64,000 nucleotides of DNA from Octopus sinensis (GCF_006345805.1 NC_043001.1:65100001-65164000); one strand, 5' to 3'. Shown: positions 40,575 through 53,640, counted from the stretch's first letter. Numbers and translations: made by a program. The notes: generated by a model not told the origin, from the letters alone.

Positions 40575-41320
40575 GTAAAATGGTTTGTGGAAGCAAGGAT
40601 TAGAATCGAAGGGCCTTAGAATCAACCTAGCCAAAACCAAAGTCCTAATAAGTAGGAAGGTAGACCAATCACAAACGACTTCAGGTAGATGGCCCTGCTT
40701 GATCTGTAGAAAAGGTGTAGGTAGAAACTCTATAAGATGCACCAAGTGTAAGCTATGGACACATAAGAGGTGCAGCAATGTCAAAGGAAGGCTAACTAGG
40801 AAAATAGTTTTTGTTTGTGGCAGATGCTGAAAATGTGCAGAGACCAACTTCTACCACATTCCAGGGAGAAAAACTAGAAGTAGTTGATAGCTTCCGCTAC
40901 CTTGGTGGTCAAGTTAGTAGCGGGGGCGGGTGTGCTGAAAGTGTAACTGCTAGAGTAAGAATAGCCTGGGCAAAGTTCAGAGAGCTCTTACCCCTGCTGG
41001 TGACAAAAGGCCTCTCGCTCAGAGTAAAAGGCAGACTGTATGATGCATGTGTACGAACATGGTAGTGAAACATGGGCTGTGACTGCTGAGGATATGCGTA
41101 AGCTCGCAAGAAATGAAGCCAGTATTCTCCGATGGATGTGTAATGTCAGTGTTCATACTCGACAGAGTGTAAGTACCTTGAGAGAAAAGTTGGACTTAAG
41201 AAGCATCAATTGTGGTGTGCAAGAGAGACGTTTGCGCTGGTATGGTCATGTGGTGAGAATGGATGAAGATAGCTGTCTGCAAAAGTGCCACACCCTAGCA
41301 TTTGAGGAAACCTGTGGGGA
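40575..41320 (+). mobile_element. RTE LINE internal fragment (PHD-like insert and RT C-terminus)
   Basis: WPCLICRKGVGRNSIRCTKCKLWTHKRC...FVCGRC, EVVDSFRYLG and RRLRWYGHVVRM. Confidence 0.9.
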
Positions 41321-42049
41321 CTAGGTGTGACCCAGTGATAATAAAAAGACTGAAAGGAGGTCTGCAACCAAATAACTTTACTCAACACTTTGCAACTGAA
41401 TCAGTGGAGGCAAAGGTGCCTCTCATTTACTTGACAATTTATGCACCACATTGCAGAAATCACAATGTAAGTATATCTCAAAGCAAACTCGTACACTGGT
41501 GTACCATTGAATTACAAATAATGCTCATCTTTTAGGCTCGGGTGACCCTACAGCTTCCAAGAGTACAACTGTATTCGGTTTTGCTTAGATAAAATGACAA
41601 AATTGTGGGTGTTAAGTCCCCACTTGTAAGAAGATGAAATTTTATAAATATTACTTCATTTGTGCCTAATATCTATGGTTAAAATTTCCTCAACAGCAAA
41701 AATATATGAATTGTCATGGGGGTTATGGCCCCTATGCATAGAATATAATTTCCAAATTTTGTAAAGATCAATTCACTACTTTTGACCTAGTTTTGAATCA
41801 TAAAAGAAATGACTAAAATTTGGGAGTTAAGGCCCCCATTAGGGTGTCTTAGAATCCTCATATGAATTGGAAACTATGAGAATACTTCTTCATGTGTGTT
41901 AATTACCCATGGTTGAAATTTATGAACACACGAACACACATTAAGACATTGACTTTGATATAATAGATATGAATATGGAGATATACATACATGTGTGTGT
42001 GTTTTGAGAAAATTTGGTTTAAATGTTTGTCAACTCAGCACCGTCCATT

Positions 42050-42810
42050 GGACAGGGGGCGTTTTGCTTGTGTACACACACACAAACAGACACACACACA
42101 CACAAACAGACACACACACACACAAAGATAAATTGGTAGATACAACTGAGTGGGCAAACAAAAATGAGACACAGCCTAGTGCTTTTTTAATGTCGATAAG
42201 CCTAGTACTTATTCTATTAGTTTCTTCTTGTGAAACCAGTAAGTTATGGGGATGTAAATAAACGAACAACAGTTGTGAAGCAGTGATGTGGGTGAAACAC
42301 AGAGAGAAAGACACACACATACACTTGCATATAGACATACATATATATACAATTGATTTCTTTCAGTTTCTGACTACGAAATCCATATATATATATGTGT
42401 GTGTGTGTGTGCACACACACACAAAGATAAATTGATAGATACAACTGAGTGGGCAAACAAAAATATGAGATACTGCCTAGTACTGTTTTTTATTTTGATA
42501 AGCCTGGTACTTATTCTATCAGTTTCTTTCTTGTGAAACCAGTAAGTTATGGAGATGTAAATAAATTAACAGCAGTTGTGAAGCAGTGATGAGGGAGAAA
42601 CACAAACACACACACATAGACTTACATATATACATATATATACAATTGGTTTCTTTCAGTTTCTGTCTACAAAATCCACTGACAAGGCTTTGGTTGGTCT
42701 GAGGCTATAGCAGAAGACACATGCCAAGTCATCACACAGTAGGACTGAACTGAGGACCATGTGTTTTGGAACCAGGTTTGTTACCACACAGTCACATCTG
42801 CACCTATGTA
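42050..42810 (-). mobile_element. tRNA-related SINE with an internal tandem duplication of about 300 bp
   Basis: Head at 42650-42810 on the minus strand. The block cacaaagataaattg.tagatacaactgagtggg...ttctttcagtttctg occurs at about 42121 and again at about 42421. Confidence 0.7.
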
Positions 42811-43037
42811 TGTATGTGTGTGTGTATGGGTGTATATATGTATGCATGTATATATGTGTATATATATGTGTATATATTACATGTACATCTCTCTCTCTAT
42901 ATATATACATCTACACCTATACATGTATACATATACATCTATAGAAATACATCTATACTGATACATCTATACATATACATGTATACATAGACATCTCTAT
43001 ATATACATGTATATATATATATCAATATATATACATG

Positions 43038-43082
<45 letters not shown>

Positions 43083-43086
<4 letters not shown>

Positions 43087-43290
43087 TAAAACGGTAAGAT
43101 AACAAAAGAAAGAAAGAGGAATTTATCAATACAATAATATGTTACATTACTCAATAGTCAAGATAAAACTCTGAGTTTCAGATGCCGAAGTGGGAATCCA
43201 CGACATCTCTTCGGTTATCTTTTCGGATTCCCACTTCGGCATCTGAAACTCAGAGTTTTATCTTGACTATTGAGTAATGTAACTATTATT
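43083..43290. mobile_element. Fold-back element with a perfect ~59-bp inverted repeat and an atypical hammerhead-like motif, in a (TA)n context
   Basis: gttacattactcaatagtc...gtgggaatcc [25 nt] ggattcccac...gagtaatgtaac (about 43141-43283). Confidence 0.7.
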
Positions 43291-43330
43291 GTATAGATAT
43301 ATATATACACACACACATCTATATAATATA

Positions 43331-43370
<40 letters not shown>

Positions 43371-43399
43371 AAATAGTAAAAAGTGAAAAAACTACAGAA

Positions 43400-45495
43400 G
43401 GCTTGTTTTATAAGGTTAAAGAATATATTTGAGTCATTATGTTGGAAGAATGTTATAAAATTTTTTCATACAGTAACATAGTTTTTGAAGAAATTACCGG
43501 TTTCGTGTTAACTTTTCAAATTTCTCAAGTGTCTTTACCTACATCATGTTATGTCTTCGTTATGAAGTGCAAAGAAGAGTTCCCGGTAGGGGGGGGTAAT
43601 GAGCGATTTCTTCCGGTATAAGGGAGATAATCGCTTTATATTTCTTTTCCCTTTATTTAATGGGGTGAGTTTCTCTGCATAAGAATGTTAGAGTGGTTAA
43701 GTTTGGGTTTATATTTTTCAATGAAGAATGTTTCCTTGTTTAATCTAATTTGTGTTGGTGTTCCAATAGCACATTGATAGAATGGAAAGATTAAAAATTG
43801 TGGTAGTAGTTGCTTTGCGCATTTCTCAATATGCTCACTAAAGGGTATCATTCTGTATTCTGGGAATGCAATCTGTTGTCGATGCAGTGTGCATCTACGT
43901 CTGAGTGATAGTCCCGTGGACCCCACGTAGTTTTGGTGGCAGCCCAAGCACCTTATGACATAAATAATGTTTTCAGAAGCACTAGTAAAATTAGATTTGA
44001 TCTTGAATTTTTATCCCTCTTTGAAAAGGAATTCTGATCCTTCTAGAAGGTTTGGGCATGTTGCGCAGTTTGGTCTACCACATTTTTCTACTTTTGCATC
44101 CGTAGTTTCAGAAAAACAATTTTGCCTTTGTGAGAATCTTTTTAAGTGATTTAGGTTGTTTGTAGCTTTTAATGATTTTATGTATGTTTAGAATTTCCTT
44201 TAATATGGGGTCCTTATGAAGTATTGGCAAATTCTGGGTGATGATGGTGAAGGCTTCTTTGTTTCTGGGGTTGTATGTGGATATGTAAGGCAGTATTTTC
44301 GGGGAAGGTGTGTTGTTGTGTTGAACTTTTCTCAAAGTTTCTATGTCAATTTCTGATCCCATCCTCTATGAGTTGAGCTGGGTAGTGTCTGTCAATTAGG
44401 GTGTTTTTGAGTTCTTGTAGTCTAAAGTTTCTGGTATTTTGTTCTGACACTATTGTGCATATCCTTCTTGCAAGGTTGAAAGGGATGTTTGTTTTAATGT
44501 GTCTTGGGTGGCATGAATCAAAAAGTAGGTATTGTTTAGCGTCTGTGGCTTTGTAAAAAATGTCTGTTTCTATTTTAAGGTTAATTTTTTTAATTAGTAT
44601 ATCTAAGAATGGAAGCACCTTTTGGTTGTATTCCATTGTGAACTGTATATTTGGGTTGATGCTGTTCAATAGGTTTTTGAATTTTAGGAGTTTATCTGTG
44701 TTTTCATTCCAGAGTATAAAACAATCGTCCAGGAATCTTTTCCAATTCTCTTTTATGTATTGAGAGAGGGGGTTTCCAAAGGTCGATAAAGATTCCTGGT
44801 ATACAATTATTTCCAGGTAGCCCATTGTTAGGTTCACAATGACTGGTGCTGCCCTTGTACCCATAGCAATTCCGGATTTTTGACGGTAAAATGTATTGTC
44901 AAACATGAAGTAGTTAATATGTAGGATGAATTCAACCGATTTAATAATGAATTCTTTACTGATCCTTTTTGGTATTTCTTCCGGAAATTGGTCCAGCCAG
45001 AACTGTATTGCCTCTAGTCCATAATTATGAGGTATACTGGTATATAAATTAACTACATCAAATGAAACCATGATTGTTTCTTCCTTGACTTTTTTTGGAA
45101 GGTGGTTTAACATATCCAAGTCATCTCTGATATGACTATCGATATGTTTAAGGTAGGGTTTCAGGAGGATGTCCATAAATAGACTTAATCTGTGTTTTTC
45201 ACAGGTTGGGCCAGCTACAATGGATCGTAGTTTTAGGTCCCCCGGGTTAGGTGTGTGTATGTATGTCTTTGGTGATTTTTTAAAGGTTTCATTTATAATT
45301 TGGCTTTTATGTATTTTTGGCAGACCATTTAAAGTTTTCTAGAAAGTCAATCTTTTTGGTTGTTAGTTCCTTTTCATGGGTTTTAATTAGTGAAGACAGA
45401 GATTTCATTATTTTTCGCGAGATGACTTGGATATGTTAAACCACCTTCCAAAAAAAGTCAAGGAAGAAACAATCATGGTTTCATTTGATGTAGTT
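43400..45495 (-). mobile_element. Penelope-like retroelement (RT and GIY-YIG), 5'-truncated, frameshifted
   Basis: RT VSFDVVNLYTSIP, QKSGIAMGT, WKRFLDDCF, LPFLDILI (44346..45176). Linker 44108..44362. GIY-YIG CHQNYVGSTG...KETFFIEKYKPKLN (43657..43947). Hammerhead-like motif at 43489-43525 and a 5' inverted duplication. Confidence 0.93.
43489..43525 (-). ncRNA. Degenerate minimal hammerhead in the Penelope 3' region (probably inactive)
   Basis: Minus strand AGAAAT-TTGAAAA-GT taac AC-GAAA-CCGG-TA-ATTTCT. Stems I and II, a palindromic stem III and a GUA site are intact, but the core CUGANGA has two changes. Confidence 0.55.
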
Positions 45496-45519
45496 GATGG
45501 TTTCATGACAGAATACTTA

Positions 45520-48500
45520 AGATTAGATTAGTGCTCCATCATGGGTTAGCAACCATTATCTCTGTGTATGCCCCTCAGCCAGGGCTACCAGATGGACAGA
45601 AAGACCGATTCTATGATACCCTCTTGCAGACTACCACGTTGACGAATGACAGGGACCTTCTCTTTGTGGCTGGCGACTTCAATGGACATGTTGGACAACA
45701 TGTCGGGGTCTTCCATGGTATACATGGAGGCTATGGTTTTGGCTCTCACAATGAGGAGGGAACCAGGCTGCTGGAGTTCTGTGGCACAAATGATCTTATA
45801 GTTTGCAATACTAACTTCAGAAAACCTGCCAGCCACCTAGTCACCTACCGCTCTGGCAGACACACTAGTCAGATCGACTACATCCTCACCAGAAAAAGGG
45901 AAAGATGGCTGCTTATGAATGCCAAAACCTTCCCAGGTGAAGAATGTATCCCATAACATAGACTAGTAGTTAGCGACTTCAGGATCAGGGCTAAATGGAT
46001 ACCCAGAAGATGACCAGCAAGGAGAAGAAGGGTCTGGAGACATAAAGATCCTGCAAATGGACAGAGATTTAGAGACATATTACTTGAAGCCTTTGACAAA
46101 ATAGAAGGGGATATAGCTTCACATGAAGACAACTGGAGGTTTCTATGGGACAACCTGCTGAGAGCCACTGACCAGATCTGTGGATGGTGCAAAGTCACCT
46201 CTCGACCCAAAATAACGTGGTGGTAGAACAATGTTGTTGACAGGGCTATTAGACAAAAGAAACAGGCTTGGAAGGACTGGAAGAACGGTGGTAGCAGGAA
46301 AGTGTATCAGACTGCCAGAAGGGAAGCTAGGATGCAGGTTTATTTAGCCAGAGGGGAAGCAGATAAGAAAAAATTTGCCAATGTTCTGTATCATGAGGAT
46401 CAAAGACTTGAGGTATTTCGTGTTGCAAGACAGTGTATGAGAGAGAATCGTGATGTGGTAGGAGAGAAATGTGTTGGCATGGATGATGGTTTACTTGTGC
46501 TGAATGAGGATGCAAAGAGAGAGGTTTGGAGACGCCACTATGAAAGGTTGCTGAATAAAGAAAATGAATGGGAGATAGAGAGTCTGCCAAATGTCGACCC
46601 AACAGAGGGACCAGCTATCCGAGTTGACAGTTCCTTGGTAGATAAGGCAATTAGAAGCATGAAGACAGGGAAAGCCCCAGGCCCATCAGGAATTACTGCA
46701 GAGATGCTCAAAATATCTGACAGTGTCAGCTATAGCCTAGTCACCCGTATAGTTAACCAGTTGATACACGAAGGAGTCATACTCAATGACTGGTGTAGCA
46801 GCATAATAGTCAACTGCTACAAAGGTAAAGGTGATGCTTTAGATACAAATAATTACAGAGGTATCAAGCTGTTGGATCAGGTAATGAAGGTTATGGAGAG
46901 GGTCATAGCCCAACTGATTAGGGAGAGAGTCAGCTTGGGTGAGATGCAGTTTTGGTTTCGTGCCAGGGAAAAGCACCACTGATGCTATATTTCTGATTAG
47001 ACAGCTGCAGGAGAAATACCTAGCTGAAGATAAGCCCCTGTACCTGGTTTTCGTTGACATGGAGAAAGCCTTTGACAGGGTCCCCCGATCCCTTATCTGG
47101 TGATCAATGAGGAAACTAGGGATAAATGAATGGTTAGTTAGAGCTGTGAAAACCATGTACAGGGACGCTGTAAGTAAGGTGAGGGTTGGCAATGAGTACA
47201 CAGGGTAAAGGTAGGGGTCCACCAAGGTTCAGTCCTCAGCTCCCTCCTATTTATCATAGTCCTCCAGGCAATAATGGAGGAATTCAAGACAGGATGCCCC
47301 TGGGAGCTCCACTATGCTGATGATCTTGCTCTAATTGCTGAGTCACTATCAGAACTAGAGGAGAAGTTTCAAGTGTGGAAACAAGGATTAGAATCGAAGG
47401 GCCTTAGAATCAACCTCGATAAAACCAAAGTCCTAATATGTAGGAAGGCAGGCAAACCACAAATCCCTTCAGGTAGATGGCCCTGCTCAATCTGTAGTAG
47501 AGGCATAAGTAGAAACTCTATAAGATGTACCCAGTGTAAGCTATGGACACATAAGAGGTGTAGTAAGATCAAAGGAAGGCTAACTAGGAAGATAGCTTTT
47601 GTATGTGGCAGATGCTCGAGAGCAATAAACACTGAAAATGCTCAGAGACCAACCTCCGCCACATTCCAGGGAGAAAAACTAGAAGTAGTTGATAGCTTCC
47701 GTTACCTAGGTGACCAAGTCAGTAGCGGAGGTGGATGCACTGAAAGTGTAGCTGCTAGAATAAGAATAGCTTAGGCAAAGTTGAGAGAGCTCTTTCCTCT
47801 GCTGGCAACAAAGGGCCTCTCGCTCAGAGTAAAAGATAGACTGTATGATGCATATGTACGAACAGCCATGCCACATAGCAGTGAAACATGGGCTGTGACT
47901 GCTGAGGACATGCGTAAGCTCAGAAGGAATGAAGCCAATATGATTCGATGGATGTGTAATGTCAGTGTGCATACTCGACAGAGTGTAGGTACCTTGAGAG
48001 AAAAGTTGGACTTGAAAAGCATCAGATGTGGTGTGCAAGAGAGATGACTGTGCTGGTATGGTCATGTGGTGAGAATGGAGGAGGATGGCTGTGTGAAAAA
48101 GTGCCACACCCTAGCAGTTGAGGGAACCTGTGGAAGAAGTAGACCCAGGAAGACCTGGGATGAAGTGGTGAAGCACAACCTTCGAACATTAGGCCTCATC
48201 AAGGAAATGAATAGCAACCGAGACTTTTGGAAATATGCTGTGCTTGAGAAGACCCAGCGAGACAAATGAGACCATAACCTGTGGCCCATGCCAGGAGCGT
48301 AACCAGCCCACTTATGTGTACCTTTTCCTTCCTTGGACACTAAATTCTGCTGTTGGGGCAAGTGAAATCAAAATCAAAATCACATTCGATGACTGGCATC
48401 CGTACTAGCGGGGTGCAAAGAGTACCATGCGAGCGTGATCATTGACAGAGCAGCTAACCAGCTTCCATGCCAGTGGCACATAAAAGGCACCATTCGAGTG

Positions 48501-48906
48501 TGATCATTACCAGCATCGCCTTACTGGCACTTGTGCCCGTGCTAGTATGGTGCCAAAAGCACTATCTGAGCGTGATCATTGCCAGAGCAGCCAACTGGCT
48601 TCCATGTCAGTGGCACATAAAAGGGCACCATTCGAGCGTGACCTGTGCTGGTGGCATGTGTAAAACGATCCGAGCGAGGTCGTTGCCAGTACCGCCTGAC
48701 TGGCCCCCATGCTGTTGGCACGTAAAAAGCACCCACTACACTCTCAGAGTGGTTGGCGTTAGGAAGGGCATCCAGCTGTAGAAACCCTGCCAAATCAAGA
48801 TTGGAGCCTGGTGCAGCCATCTGGTTTGCCATCCCTCAGTCAAAATCGTCCAACCCATGCTAGCATGGAAAGCGGACGTTAAACGATGATGATGATGATG
48901 ATGATG
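45520..48906 (+). mobile_element. RTE LINE, nearly full ORF (from mid-APE to (GAT)n tail), with stops and frameshifts
   Basis: ISVYAPQPG, GDFNGHVG, QIDYIL, KAPGPSGI, NYRGIKLL, HYADDL, PHD-like insert, RYLG, GRSRPRKTW, 3' UTR and atggaaagcggacgttaaac(gat)n. Confidence 0.95.
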
Positions 48907-49018
48907 TAAATTCAAATTTAAAATAAGGGTGAAAAATTGAATATTAATTTGATCAATTTAAAACCAGTGGTATAGCATATTGAAAAATCTGAAGTTTCAG
49001 AAAAAATTATATTACATA

Positions 49019-49162
49019 TATATAAGAGGGATGACCTGTAAATGAACATCCATTATGCTAGAAGAAGATCTGCTATGGTCTTACCATTCCTTTGTTAGTG
49101 GTAAGACCATAGTGGATCTTCTAGCATAATGGATGTCCACTAACAGGTCTTCCCTCTTATAT
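49019..49162. repeat. Short palindromic (hairpin) element in (TA)n
   Basis: tataagaggg..gacctgt..catccattatgctagaag..gatc..ctatggtcttacca [12 nt] tggtaagaccatag..gatcttctagcataatggatg..acaggtc..ccctcttata. Confidence 0.75.
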
Positions 49163-49325
49163 GTATATATATATATACATGTATATATATATATATATAT
49201 TATATATATATAATATATATATATATATATACATCTATATATATATATATACATTTGTGCAGATACACACACACACACATATATATATATATATTTAAAA
49301 AAGGAGATGTGGAACACGAGTTGTG

Positions 49326-49595
49326 ATATATAAAAAAAGGAAATGAAGAAAATGCTGACAAAATAATTTAAGTAAGGGAGAGTGTATTTAATTAGGTGAA
49401 AGTTCTTTTTACCAGTTGCGCATTTGATAAGAGAAAAAAATCTATCAGAAAGGAACTCTATCTCTCTTAAAAAAATATCTTTTGATAAGCATAACAAATG
49501 CGCAACCGGTAAAAAGAACTTTCACCTAATTAAATACACTCTCCCTTACTTAAATTATTTTGTCAGCATTTTCTTCATTTCCTTTTTTTATATAT
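49326..49595. repeat. Inverted repeat with ~100-bp arms and a ~68-bp spacer
   Basis: Arms at 49326-49426 and 49495-49595. The ORF track shows the same peptide (KCATGKKNFHLIKYTLPYLNY) on both strands. Confidence 0.9.
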
Positions 49596-49959
49596 ATATA
49601 TATATACACATAATATTTATATTATATATATGTATGTATATATGTATATATGTGAGATAATAGTTTCACTTTAATAGTTTTAGTATTAATGTGAAAGTAT
49701 CTGACATTACAATAGAGAGATGTTATTGTTTCACTTTTGACACGTAATACTGAAATAGGAGAGAATATATGATATTGCTGTGGGCTTGCACTAGGCAAGA
49801 AGTTTAAAAAATTTTTGGCCTATGACAATTTGAATTAAATTGGTTGTGTAGTTCTCAAGTTTTAGGGATTCACACAGACAGACAGACACACATTCTCATC
49901 TTTATATATATAAATTGAGTGTGTAGGGGTGGACTCCGAGGGTTATATTGGGATGACAA

Positions 49960-50335
49960 ACAACTTCTTTGTGCCTGAATTACAATGAAAACATATGCCC
50001 CTGATTTGTCTATGTATGATTATTTCTTGTGGGGAAACCTCAGGACATGTGTGTATAAACATAAACCCCATACATTGAACGTTTTGAAGGAAGCTATTCG
50101 TGTGGATGTATTGTGTGGATGCTGGAGAGATTGGAGGCCAACTTTTAAGAATTCCTTCAGAAATGCATAAATGAAAACAGACACCACATATTGATGTTAT
50201 TATCCATACTTGAGTTCAACAGATGCTAATTCAATACGAACACATTGATGTCAATAAAATTTGTTTGCAGCTAAAATTAATGAGTTTGTGAATCTTTCAA
50301 AAGCGTCCATCCTCTCTACCCCACTCTGTATATAC
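49960..50335 (+). mobile_element. Tc1/mariner-type transposase C-terminal relic with right TIR
   Basis: APDLSMYDYFLWGNLRTCVYKHKPHTLNVLKEAIR resembles the SPDLxPxDFFLWGYLK motif. A TIR-like ccatcctctctaccccactctgta is followed by TA. Confidence 0.7.
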
Positions 50336-51449
50336 ATTTGTGTGTGTGTATGCACACACACACATACGCGGGCGTGTGTGCACACACACACACATCACCA
50401 TGCATATCTTACTCATACAGGGTCCTGTTTGTAACACAGGAACAAACATGATTATTATTGCTCCTCTTACAATACACTTTACCATTATTTAAATGAGACA
50501 GTACTTTATCAAGTTTGAGTGGCCTCCCTTGTCTTTGCTGGGTTTAGTTAAACATTGTTCAACAAAAGTCTACTTTGACTCAACACAGATATTAACTTAT
50601 TAAATTAAAATTGCCATAACCACTGCATTAATTATGTTAGCACTTACTTCAAAATACATGTAATTTATTACTGAGGTTGGGGTAGTGGTCCAAAATTTAT
50701 GAATGATGGTTTCAGGAAATTCAACATAGTCCTTGGTGTCTGCATCAAAAGATAAGTTGATCCAAGGGAAGATAGATAATAGCATGAAGAGCATCAGAAA
50801 AGAATGTCTCAAATCTAGAGATGATTTGTATTTGTGTTTGCTAGAGTTAAGAAATGTATAGAAAATAAGAATGAAAGAGACAGCAACAATAAAATTTAGG
50901 CACAAGCTCTCTTTATTTTTTGGACTTCTACTGTAAATTGTAAATAAATTGTCTTTGTGTGCATGTGTGTGTATATAAGCATACATACATACATACATAC
51001 ATACATACATACATACATACATACATACATGCATGCATGCATGCAATAAACCAATATAGTTAAACAGCTCACATTTATTCTCAACAGTATGAGTTGGTAT
51101 GAGACAGCAACATTTAGGTTAACAAAAATATCATTAAGAAAAAAGGTTATGTTTTAGAAGTAGTGTTATAACATGTCACTGGTATCAAAGTTACTTTTGT
51201 GGTGTGTATATTGGATGAAAGGAAAATATTAGTGAAATCAGAAGAGTCTAAAGAAAGAAGTGAAACGGCTTATTTTAGTTGTTGCTAAGAGAAAGAAACA
51301 ATTTTGGCTTCTGCTTGTGTATCTGGCCAAGTGGAGGCTGATCTCTCTTTGGCTCTAGAGACTGGTGATAAATGGTGAATGACTAGAACTTCACCTGGTC
51401 ATATGTGGATCACAACAAATACACAGAGACGATGACAGAACATCATTAA

Positions 51450-51670
51450 CCCTTTCGTTACTGAATTTATTTTGAGATGCTCTGTGTTTCTTTCAATTAC
51501 TTTAAATATAACAAAGAATTTAGTAAAATAACTTAGTTATCATTCAGCTAGTGTTAGGAACATAAATTGTGACTAAGGTTTGGTGGAAGATTTTAATTCA
51601 AAACTTATGAAAACAAGGCATTTGTTACTCAAAGCCAGAGGCGGTTTCGGCCGGGTTGGTAACGAAAGGG
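51450..51670. mobile_element. 221-bp piggyBac-type MITE (same termini as 8200-9314)
   Basis: TTAA|CCCTTTCGTTAC...GTAACGAAAGGG|TTAA, a perfect 12-bp TIR with TTAA TSD. Confidence 0.9.
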
Positions 51671-51834
51671 TTAACTGGAAGGACACAGTAAAACACTACA
51701 TACTATCACATCAAATGCAGAGTGTGAAAGAAAGATCTCACATATTCTACATGGCCAGCAGTGTAAAGCTTGGGAATGGTAATGGTGTTTTCATGTAGTT
51801 AATATTTTACTGTTTTCTTTTTTTTTTTCCAGTA

Positions 51835-52190
51835 ATCATTATAGTTTGGACTGCTGCACATTATGTATTTTCTGTTGAAACATTTACCAAAACTGGTGAA
51901 CCTGGGAGGCTTTTTGCCACACCCTGTCTTGGAAACTTCAAATTTCTAATCCAGAAAGGAAATGACATCAAAAAGTGGTCAACATGAATTTCTCTGACAG
52001 GAGCAACCTGAATTTATCCACATGACATGGTTCTTGGAGGAGAAAAGGAGAATTACAGGAAATAAGTAAATTTTCATTGATTTTATATTGAGAAAACGGG
52101 AAATGTTGCTGAAGACTTTGAAGTATGAAAGAAACACACCAATCTGGTGGTGGTAGAGCTCTGTCAAAGATATTCCAGCAACGACCATCT
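51835..52190 (+). mobile_element. Tc1/mariner-type transposase N-terminal (DUF4817-like HTH) relic
   Basis: WTAAHYVFSVETFTKTGE resembles the WTxxHRAFxVExFFK start of DUF4817-type transposases. Heavily degraded. Confidence 0.4.
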
Positions 52191-52429
52191 CAAATTTCTT
52201 AAAACTACATTATTCAATATGTCTCTTTTAAATTTTAAGCTAGTAAGGTGTGATTGGGGGTATTTTGGCAGTTATTTTCAGCAAGTTGAGTGTCCATATA
52301 GAGGCTTTCCATTTATGTCATATCTATTGGCAGTAATTGATACAGTAGCTGATATGTATGTATGTATGTATGTATGTATGTGTGTGTGTGTGTGTGCATG
52401 TATTATGTATGCATGCATGCTTGCAGTTA

Positions 52430-53640
52430 TGTAGGTACGATTTGTCTTTGAGTTTAATTTAAGTCCTTGAGAAAGTTCAAGCTGGTTGCTAACAAAGTGA
52501 CAAGACTTTTTGAGTTAAAAGAGTTCCTACAGTTTGTAAATATGTGACTGAGTTGGTGTGTTGGTTGAACTGTCGATACATATACCTAAGTGTGAGCATC
52601 TATTCACATAAGAATCTCACAGGGAAAATTTTTGGAACACTTTACATATAGATTGCCACTAATAGGTTACATTTGGAGTATCTGCATTAATTTCTTGCAA
52701 ACTTTTTCTGTGAAACCAAGTAGTATTTCAAGGTTTTTGTGCAAATTTGTTGGTACATAACCTAAGGCATTTATGATAATAGATATAAATGAGAATTCAT
52801 AGTAGGGTACAAGACCTGTAACTTCTGCTTTAATTTGCCATAAATGTTCTCTTTTTCCTGGACTTTTGGTTGTACATTCACATCCGCTTGGCAGCTAACC
52901 TCTACAACAGTGATGATTTTTGTTCCTTGTTCCACAGAACAATATCAGGTCTGTTATGTTTGTACCAAATTGATGATTTTATTGAGGTGTTCGTCTAATA
53001 TTTCTTGCTTTTAAAGGTGTGAATACCTGCTGGTTCTGACATGCCTTTGATAGATATGTCAGAGCAGTCCTTCTTGCAGATAGTATTGTAAATAGGCTTT
53101 GCAACTATATCATGCCACAGGGGCAGGTAGTATCATATCTTGTAGACATTTTGGGACAGATGCTGATGATGTGAGTGATATCTTCCACTCTGGTATAGCA
53201 GAACTGACATTTTTTTATCACAACATGGAGGTTTGGTGGTATCTTTGCCCTTGTTTAGCAGCTATCTATAGTTCTTGGACAGTGAGGGCATATCCTGCTA
53301 GGTGAGGTGTAAAGTATCTATTACAGATCCAGGAGAGGATACTCTTCCTGTTAATGTTGCTATTTCTCTCTAGCTTACGAGATATGTACCCATGCATTGG
53401 TTTGATGCCTGCTTTTCCTCCAAGATTCTGTATAGGTAGGCCAGTTCAAACTCCTTTTAGTCACATGAGAGAGTTGTATTTTCAAATTACCTGCACAGCA
53501 GTTCTTCTCCATCTTTGAATGTGTTGCTGCTTTCACTTTTGAGTATGCATGGAATGTACTTGTTTCTTTCTTTACCATTCAGCAGGTGTTGTTTGAGTGA
53601 TATAATGCAACATTCAAAGGTTCTACCACCATCACTTCAT
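52430..53640 (-). mobile_element. R4/NeSL-type (RLE) non-LTR retrotransposon 3' fragment
   Basis: Minus-strand remnants EDITHIISICPKM (CCHC finger) and KHNRPDIVLWNKEQ...VEVSCQADVNV (restriction-like endonuclease). Confidence 0.7.

Noticed and set aside
49780-49910. Possible Helentron/DINE-like 3' end (acagacagacacacattctcatctttatatata); similar feel at 41560-41975
   Set aside because: The resemblance is from memory only, and I could not identify the subterminal inverted repeats or a 5' end.
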